In this document: positions 34,922-40,151 of the stretch, piece after piece
Layout of the letters: every line of letters starts with the position of its first letter
Numbering within the stretch: position 1 is the stretch's first letter
Assembly: GCA_043737575.1 (NCBI GenBank)
Contig: JAYTAJ010000457.1
Coordinates: forward strand, 1-40,151
Source of the DNA: Myxococcales bacterium
Lineage (GTDB): Bacteria; Myxococcota_A; Polyangia; Haliangiales; Haliangiaceae
Direction of reading: 5' to 3'
DNA: 40,151 nt
Notes under the pieces: generated by a model
Databases searched by the model: none
Told to the model about the DNA's origin: nothing
The model's input: only the letters and a program-made list of their open reading frames with translations
Program-made: the position numbers and the translations under genes

Positions 34922-37798
34922 GTGAATCGCGACCTCCACAGCGCGTCCTCCTCCCCGATCTCCGACGGTGGCGACAGCGCGGCGGCGCCCGGCAAGCGGA
35001 CTCGCACGCAAGGAATGGTGAGCGGTGCGGCGGCGCCGCAGGCCTGGACCGATCTGCTCGGCGTGCTCGGCGTGCCGCGAGCGCCCGCCTCACCCCCGGG
35101 CGACGATCCGTTCGCGATGCACCTGCTCGGGACCGCGGCCCGAGCGCCCGCGTCGGGGCCACCGATCCAGCGCAGCCAGGACCCCGGTCGCGAGGACACC
35201 AGCAGCGGCGCCTGTCTCGACCCCGAGGCGCTGCTGGCGGATCTGCTGCGCATCGCGCGCGAGGTCGCGGTGGTCCGCACCGCGATCGATCCGGCGGGCG
35301 CAGGCGGCGCGGGCGTCGCCGATCCCGCCGCGGCCACCACGACCCTGCGCGCGCTGACGCAGCAGACCGAGGTGCTGCGGCCGTGGGTCGACGGCTGCGG
35401 CGTCGCGATGTTCGCGGTGCCGCTCCGCGCGCAGTTCGACACCACCCAGGGCGCGCTGCTCGCGTGCTTCCAGCTGCTCGCGGTCTATCACGCCGATCAG
35501 ACGCTGCAGGCGTGGGACGGCGCGACCGACGAGCAGCAGGCAGCGCAGCGCATCCAGTGGGAGCGCGAGGCCGGCAACGCCTACGCCCCCGCGGTCACCC
35601 AGGACTGGTGCGGCAAGTTCGTCAACGCGCAGTACCGCGCGTCGGGCATGACCGGCGCGTTCCGCATGGCCTTCAACCACGTCGACAACGTCGCCGCGTT
35701 CTTCTCCTACAACGCCGTCACGCCGACCGAGCGCTCGCCGGATCTGATCCGCCCGCACGGCGCCGCGCCCGAGGCTGGGATCGATCTGCGCGGCTACCAC
35801 GAGGAGCGCGGGTCGTTGCGGAGCTGGGTCATCGGCGAGGCGATCGGCAACGACCTCCGCGCCGGCGACGTCGTCACGCTCGACTGGACCGACGACGGCA
35901 TCGCCGATCACATCAACATCGTCGCGTCGTACACGCCGCCGACCGGCACCCAGCCCGGGGTGCTGACCACGATCGACGGCAACGCCTACGGCGCGCGCAA
36001 GCCGGGCGCGGCCCGCCCCGCGTTCGACGGCGCCGCCGACAGCGTCACCACGCACGGCGACATGACGACCAACGACGTCAGCACCAGCAGCTACCAGACC
36101 ACCGCCACGCCGGGCACGCTCGATCGCAGCGGCATGATCCCGCAGGCCAACCAGGACCAGGGCAACGCCTGGCTCGGGGCCACGCTGTTCGGGCGCGGCC
36201 GGCCGTCGCTGGTCGACTTCGAGGGCGATCACACCTACCCCGACGCGCCGCAGGTCGCGGTCCCGGCCGCTGCGGCCGATCCGATCCAGCGCAGCGAGCA
36301 CGGCGCGGTGGCGACCGTCGATCCCGCGCAGGCGTTCACCGCCGCGACCGCGGGCGGCGGCTCGGCGATCCCGTACCGCGCCGAGATGGAGCAGCGGCTC
36401 GGCGCCGACTTCGGCTCGGTGCAAGCCTACGTCGGCCGCGACCTCACCGCGCTCGGCGCCCACGCCGCGGCCCGCAGCGAGCAGGTCGCGTTCACCTCGG
36501 CGACGCCGGATCGCGAGCTGGTCGCCCACGAGCTCACCCACGTCGTGCAGAGCCGCCAGGGTCGCGCCGGCAGCGCCGCGGTCAGCGATCCCGGGGACGC
36601 CTCGGAGCACGAGGCCCGCGGCGTCGCGTCGGCGTTCGCCGGGGGCGGTGCGATCGCGATCGGCTCGGCGCCGAGCGCGGCGATCCACCGCGACGACGAC
36701 GACGGCGGCACGGTGCCGACGCCGGTCTTGCCCGAGTTCAACAACCGCGGCGGCGGGCCGATCAACTTCGACACGTACAACTACATCATCGGCACCGCGA
36801 CCCGGCTGCCGGCGCCGAACAACGGCCAGCCCGGCACCGTGCGCGAGGCGTATCACTTCTACCTCCTGCGCTACCTGCAGCTCGAGCTGCCCGACCTGTG
36901 CACCGAGTTCGGCGCGATCCCCGCCGAGACCGTGGACTCGGGCCCGGCGGGTCGCGCGCTGCGGGCCACCGCCGTCGAGGGCCTGAGTGCGCTGATCACG
37001 CTGCGCATGCGCGAGCACCTCGGCGGTCCTGATCCCGCGATCGGCCGCAACCTCGCCGAGCAGATCCGCCTCGCGCTGTTCCGCGCCAACGAGCACGCCC
37101 TCGCCGACGCGCTGCAGAACGAGACCGCGGAGCGATACGAGGCCACCCGCGATGCCAACGGCGTCGCGACCGAGACCTGGTGCAACGTGTGGGCGTACGA
37201 CATGGTGACCGCGATGGGCGGCTACCTACCGCGGCAGTGGTGGACGCCCGAGGCCGAGGTGAAGTGGGCGCGCAACGAGGTGCCGGGCCCAGGCGAGGTC
37301 GTGCAGCAGCGCGCCAACGACGTCTACGACTGGATGATCCGGTGGGGCGACGAGTTCGGCTGGGGCACCGTCGACACCGCCGAGCTGGCGCAGGCCTCGG
37401 CCAACGCCGGCCGCCTCGTCATCATCCTCGCCAGCACGGGCAACGACGATCCGGGCGGCGCCGGCCCCGGCCATGTCAGCGTCGTGATGGCCGAGAGCAC
37501 CGCGCTCGGCCGCGTCCGTCCCAACGCGATCGCGCCGCTGCAGTCGCAGGCCGGCGCCGAGAACTTCTCGTCGAACGCGGCCGGCGTCGACATGGGCGTG
37601 ACCACCTCGATCGGTCATCGCGCGTGGTGGGAGGACTCGCTGTGGAGCGATCACGCCAACGCGGGCGTCGGGTTCTTCGTCTATCGCGGCGTTGGCCCTG
37701 CGCGCGGCGCCAACGCGATCCAGACTCCCGAGGCCACCGGGCTGGTGCTGCCGCGGCCGCTGCCGCCCGAGGAGACCACCGCGCCCGAGGCGTCGTAG
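34922..37798 (+). CDS. Multidomain polymorphic-toxin-like protein: N-terminal leader, CHAP/NlpC-P60-like Cys-His domain, DUF4157 (HExxH) domain, C-terminal second papain-like Cys-His domain
   Basis: Track ORF 34856..37798. The likely start is GTG 34922 (VNRDLHSASSSPISDGG...); the alternatives are TTG 34856 and ATG 35015.
- Domain 1: DWCGKFV (Cys 35609-35611), ADHINIVASY (His 35909-35911), TIDGNAYG.
- DUF4157: IPYRAEMEQRLGADFGSVQAYVG...AFTSATPDRELVAHELTHVVQSRQG, with HExxH at 36527-36541.
- C-terminal domain: ETWCNVWAYDMV (Cys 37181-37183) and GPGHVSVVMAE (His 37472-37474).
There is no signal peptide. Confidence 0.8.
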   Translation: MNRDLHSASSSPISDGGDSAAAPGKRTRTQGMVSGAAAPQAWTDLLGVLGVPRAPASPPGDDPFAMHLLGTAARAPASGPPIQRSQDPGREDTSSGACLDPEALLADLLRIAREVAVVRTAIDPAGAGGAGVADPAAATTTLRALTQQTEVLRPWVDGCGVAMFAVPLRAQFDTTQGALLACFQLLAVYHADQTLQAWDGATDEQQAAQRIQWEREAGNAYAPAVTQDWCGKFVNAQYRASGMTGAFRMAFNHVDNVAAFFSYNAVTPTERSPDLIRPHGAAPEAGIDLRGYHEERGSLRSWVIGEAIGNDLRAGDVVTLDWTDDGIADHINIVASYTPPTGTQPGVLTTIDGNAYGARKPGAARPAFDGAADSVTTHGDMTTNDVSTSSYQTTATPGTLDRSGMIPQANQDQGNAWLGATLFGRGRPSLVDFEGDHTYPDAPQVAVPAAAADPIQRSEHGAVATVDPAQAFTAATAGGGSAIPYRAEMEQRLGADFGSVQAYVGRDLTALGAHAAARSEQVAFTSATPDRELVAHELTHVVQSRQGRAGSAAVSDPGDASEHEARGVASAFAGGGAIAIGSAPSAAIHRDDDDGGTVPTPVLPEFNNRGGGPINFDTYNYIIGTATRLPAPNNGQPGTVREAYHFYLLRYLQLELPDLCTEFGAIPAETVDSGPAGRALRATAVEGLSALITLRMREHLGGPDPAIGRNLAEQIRLALFRANEHALADALQNETAERYEATRDANGVATETWCNVWAYDMVTAMGGYLPRQWWTPEAEVKWARNEVPGPGEVVQQRANDVYDWMIRWGDEFGWGTVDTAELAQASANAGRLVIILASTGNDDPGGAGPGHVSVVMAESTALGRVRPNAIAPLQSQAGAENFSSNAAGVDMGVTTSIGHRAWWEDSLWSDHANAGVGFFVYRGVGPARGANAIQTPEATGLVLPRPLPPEETTAPEAS

Positions 37799-37799
37799 C

Positions 37800-38708
37800 T
37801 CAGCGCTTCTTCGTCGGCGGCAGCGGCTGCGGTGGATACGCGTGGCCGCGCGGCCAGCCGCCGGCCCACGGATAGCCGGGCGGATAGCCGTGGGGCGGAT
37901 GCATCGGCGCGTGCGCCATCGGCAGCGGCTGCACCGGCACCGGTCCGCTGGCCGGGATGCCGCCCATCTTGCGCGCCGCGTCCTCGTCGTCGAGCCGCAG
38001 CGCCAGCCGCGCGTAGCGCTTCACGATCCACCACGACGCCACCATCGCGAGGATCGGCACCGCGAGCAGCGCGTACGCGAGCGTCTCGTGGCCGTCCATC
38101 GCGAGCGGCGCGGTGAGGAACAGCCCGGCGTCGTAGGTGCCGTGCAGGAGCACCGCGAGCAAGAAGCCGCCGATGAGGCCGAGGCCGCGCTTGTCGAAGC
38201 GCTGCCGGGTCGCGCCCGCGCACGCGATCGTCGTCCACAGCGCGTGGCCCGGCACCGCCAGCACCGCGCGCAGGATCCAGGTCACGATCAAGCCTTGCAG
38301 CTCGACCTGGCCGAGCAGGTAGAACACGTTCTCGACCAGCGCGAAGCCGAGGCCAGCGCGGGCGCCGTACACCACCGCGTCCATGCGCTCGTCGTAGGCG
38401 CGGCGATCCCACGCGACCGCGTAGACGATCATCACCTTCATCGCCTCCTCGACCAGCGCGGCGACGATGAACGCGGTGAAGATCGCGCCCGCGTAGCTGG
38501 TCTCGGGCGGCCGATGCTCGCCGAGGCCGCCGAGCAGCGCGCCGTCGTAGATCAAGGTCGGGATCACCGACAGCCCGCCGAACAGCGCCACCCAGCGCCG
38601 CAGCCCGGCCGGTTCGGGACGTTTCCGATCGAGGCGATCGAAGTACCACATCGCCAGGAGTGCCGGCAGCGCGCCTGCTGCGGCGACGTAGATCGGTGGG
38701 ACGACCAC
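37800..38708 (-). CDS. PrsW-family intramembrane metalloprotease with Pro-rich C-terminal tail
   Basis: Track ORF with a GTG start at 38708. PrsW motifs: ALVEEAMK (EExxK), GLGFALVENVFY (FAxxEN), PGHALW, and LLHGTYD (HxxxD). There are about 7 TM segments. The tail is ...HPPHGYPPGYPWAGGWPRGHAYPPQPLPP. Its stop lies 1 nt from the convergent toxin-like gene stop. Confidence 0.8.
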   Translation of the reverse strand: MVVPPIYVAAAGALPALLAMWYFDRLDRKRPEPAGLRRWVALFGGLSVIPTLIYDGALLGGLGEHRPPETSYAGAIFTAFIVAALVEEAMKVMIVYAVAWDRRAYDERMDAVVYGARAGLGFALVENVFYLLGQVELQGLIVTWILRAVLAVPGHALWTTIACAGATRQRFDKRGLGLIGGFLLAVLLHGTYDAGLFLTAPLAMDGHETLAYALLAVPILAMVASWWIVKRYARLALRLDDEDAARKMGGIPASGPVPVQPLPMAHAPMHPPHGYPPGYPWAGGWPRGHAYPPQPLPPTKKR

Positions 38709-38823
38709 GGCGCAGTATACGAATATTCGGAAGGTTCCGATCGTCTGTGCGGTTCCGACGGGCTATACCCGGCGGGTCGCCGAGAAGGACTCGGCCAGCA
38801 CGGCCTTTCTGCCGGGAGGATCC

Positions 38824-39783
38824 ATGTTCAAGACCATCGCGCTCGCTGTCCTCGGTACCGCTCTCGTCGCGACTGCCACGCCAATCTCCTCAGCCCATGC
38901 GGGCGACGGCACCGACCTCCTGAAGTTCGCGCCCGAGAACAGCCAGATGGTGCTGGTCTTCGACTTCGCCGACTCGCGCGACTCGGCGCTCTTGCAGAAG
39001 GGCTTCCAGAAGCTCCTCGACGCCAGCGCCGACGCCAAGGCCAAGCTCGCGGAGCTCGGCCTCGATCCGATGAAGGACATCGACACCGTCATGTTCGCGG
39101 GCGGCGGCGCCAGCGAGCTGGAGATGGACAAGGTCAAGGACATCCTCATCGTCATCGAGGGTCGCCTGCCCAAGGACAAGCTCACCACGATCCCCAACAT
39201 CAAGACGTCGGCCTACGGCGGCGTGACGATCTACACCAACGCCGAGACCGACGCGGCGTTCATCGGCGATCGCCTGTTCTTCGCCAAGAAGGGCAAGATG
39301 AAGGCGGCGATCGACGTCGCCCAGAACAAGGGCAAGGGCAAGGGCAAGAACGTCGCGGCGTCGAAGAAGGCCAAGGCGCTGCGCGACGCGATCGCGATCA
39401 CCGACACCACCGCCGACCTGTGGGCCGCCGTGCTGGTGCCGGCCAAGAACCAGAAGTCGATGAAGGCCGATCAGGGCATGAGCGCGAAGACGGTCTCGGC
39501 CGGCTTCAACTTCACCGCGGATCTCGGCATCAAGCTGAAGATGGGCACCGACAGCGAGGCGTCGGCCGGCAAGACCGTCGGGATGATCCAGGGCCAGCTG
39601 CCGCAGGCGGTGTCGGGCCTGACCCAGTTCGGGCTGGCGAAGGCGGCGAAGTCGCTGACCGTCACCCAGGACCTGGCGTTCGTGAACATCGCGCTGACCT
39701 TGACCGAGGTGGAGCTGATGTCGCTCGTGAAGCTGGCGCAGCAGTTCGGCGGCGGCGGCGCCCCGGGCGCTGGCAACCCGTAA
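38824..39783 (+). CDS. Secreted Lys/Ala-rich protein of unknown function
   Basis: Track ORF. The ATG is preceded by a strong SD (GGGAGGAtccATG). It has the signal peptide MFKTIALAVLGTALVATATPISSAHA. GC is lower and the composition is Lys-rich, with a (AAGGGC)3 repeat encoding KGKGKGK. I recognised no family. Confidence 0.75.
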   Translation: MFKTIALAVLGTALVATATPISSAHAGDGTDLLKFAPENSQMVLVFDFADSRDSALLQKGFQKLLDASADAKAKLAELGLDPMKDIDTVMFAGGGASELEMDKVKDILIVIEGRLPKDKLTTIPNIKTSAYGGVTIYTNAETDAAFIGDRLFFAKKGKMKAAIDVAQNKGKGKGKNVAASKKAKALRDAIAITDTTADLWAAVLVPAKNQKSMKADQGMSAKTVSAGFNFTADLGIKLKMGTDSEASAGKTVGMIQGQLPQAVSGLTQFGLAKAAKSLTVTQDLAFVNIALTLTEVELMSLVKLAQQFGGGGAPGAGNP

Positions 39784-39834
39784 GAGGGCTGTCGGCCAGC
39801 CCCAACGTCTTTTTAGAGGGGCTGTCGGGCCAAG
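39783..39834 (+). repeat. Two direct copies of the AGAGGG(G)CTGTCGG(G)CCA(A)G motif immediately after the last CDS
   Basis: Copy 1 at 39783-39803 (AGAGGGCTGTCGGCCAGCCCC) contains the hairpin GGGCTG-tcggc-CAGCCC. Copy 2 lies at 39815-39834 (AGAGGGGCTGTCGGGCCAAG). Both are related to the recC-internal element at 2136-2154. Confidence 0.6.
39786..39814 (+). terminator. Weak candidate intrinsic terminator of the secreted-protein gene
   Basis: The stem GGGCTG/CAGCCC (39786-39802) starts 3 nt after the TAA stop. A T5 run lies at 39810-39814, but it is separated from the stem by 7 nt and the stem is only 6 bp. Confidence 0.3.
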
Positions 39835-39855
39835 ATCGCGCGGCGATCGGCCGCC

Positions 39856-39917
39856 GTGTCCGGCCGGTCATGTCCGGTTCTCGAACATTGTCCGAAAGCC
39901 GGACACTGGCCGGACAC
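39856..39917. repeat. Long interrupted hairpin built from TGTCCGG / CCGGACA units
   Basis: GTGTCCGGCC (39856-39865) pairs with GGCCGGACAC (39908-39917). TGTCCGG (39871-39877) pairs with CCGGACA (39899-39905). The 21-nt loop contains another GTCCGA. A further TCCGGAATCCGG lies at 39941-39952. The region is intergenic, with no credible ORF. Confidence 0.55.
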
Positions 39918-40151
39918 CCGCGCCGCCCGTGGTGCGCAGGTCCGGAATCCGGCCACCGCCCGCGTCGCGCTCGCGTCAGGCGGCGCGCCGGGCGGCCGTG
40001 CTCACGCTCATCGAGAATGGTGATCCCCCGAGATCCATTTCGAGCGCGACTCGATCGACTCGCCCGTTCGGGAGCCTTAAGGGCTCGCGAATCATGCGTC
40101 TTGTGCGCAGTGGAACGGATCCTCAGCGGATCGCGCGGGCGATCGCGGCGG

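Noticed and set aside
28423-37096. Track ORFs 28423..30579(-), 29106..31757(+, upstream part), 33164..35011(-) and 35090..37096(-)
   Set aside because: They are antisense or out of frame to genes with clear family motifs (GMC, amidase, DUF4157 protein). Their translations are dominated by R, G, A, D and P.
34922-39783. eCIS / T6SS / contact-dependent delivery locus around the DUF4157 protein
   Set aside because: No sheath, tube, baseplate, VgrG/PAAR, Hcp, TpsB or Rhs-like ORFs are present in the window. The neighbours are an amidase, a PrsW protease and a secreted protein.
40123-40151. Possible 3' end of a minus-strand CDS at the right edge (reverse reading ...AAIARAIR*)
   Set aside because: Only about 9 codons are visible, which is far too short to support a call.

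Overview
This is a very GC-rich (by eye >70% G+C) bacterial chromosomal segment that is almost fully coding. I support 35 protein-coding genes. One of them, recC, is partial and absent from the ORF track because it runs off the left edge. I recognised no rRNA or tRNA genes, no CRISPR array, and no transposase or integrase.

Most long track ORFs are Arg/Pro/Gly-rich antisense or out-of-frame artefacts of the GC content. Real genes were chosen by recognisable protein motifs and by tight stop/start junctions (ATGA, GTGA, TGATG).

Gene content, left to right:
- a degenerate-EAL / lipid kinase / lnt / recC operon
- a solitary Eco57I/TaqI-like N6-adenine DNA methyltransferase
- a CheY-like receiver and a GST
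- an AGPS-like / GlcE-like / GlcF-like flavoprotein-FeS oxidase set, split by an FHA-ABC transporter gene and carrying a coupled DUF1963 gene
- a 3-hydroxyacyl-CoA dehydrogenase
- a TPR / C-type-lectin lipoprotein / esterase lipoprotein operon
- an M23 peptidase / MMPL-RND exporter / AraC operon
- a five-gene overlapping operon: GMC oxidoreductase, Gfo/Idh/MocA oxidoreductase, internally duplicated membrane protein, GNAT, amidase
- a ~958-aa orphan polymorphic-toxin-like protein (CHAP-like Cys/His domain + DUF4157 HExxH domain + second papain-like Cys/His domain), abutting a PrsW-family intramembrane protease and a secreted Lys-rich protein. This is the most unusual item.

Non-coding curiosities:
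- a structured palindromic element sitting in frame inside recC, with related copies after the last gene
- a (TGAGG)n Shine-Dalgarno-like pentanucleotide repeat at a gene junction
- a 22-nt exact hairpin repeat inside two unrelated genes
- an AT-rich palindrome cluster written in rare codons inside an Fe-S motif
- a TCCGG-rich long hairpin in the 3' intergenic region

The repertoire (FHA domain, sigma-54-like promoter, many lipoproteins, PDA/IDAP linkers, bacterial C-type lectin) suggests a Myxococcota-like organism. That is inference only.
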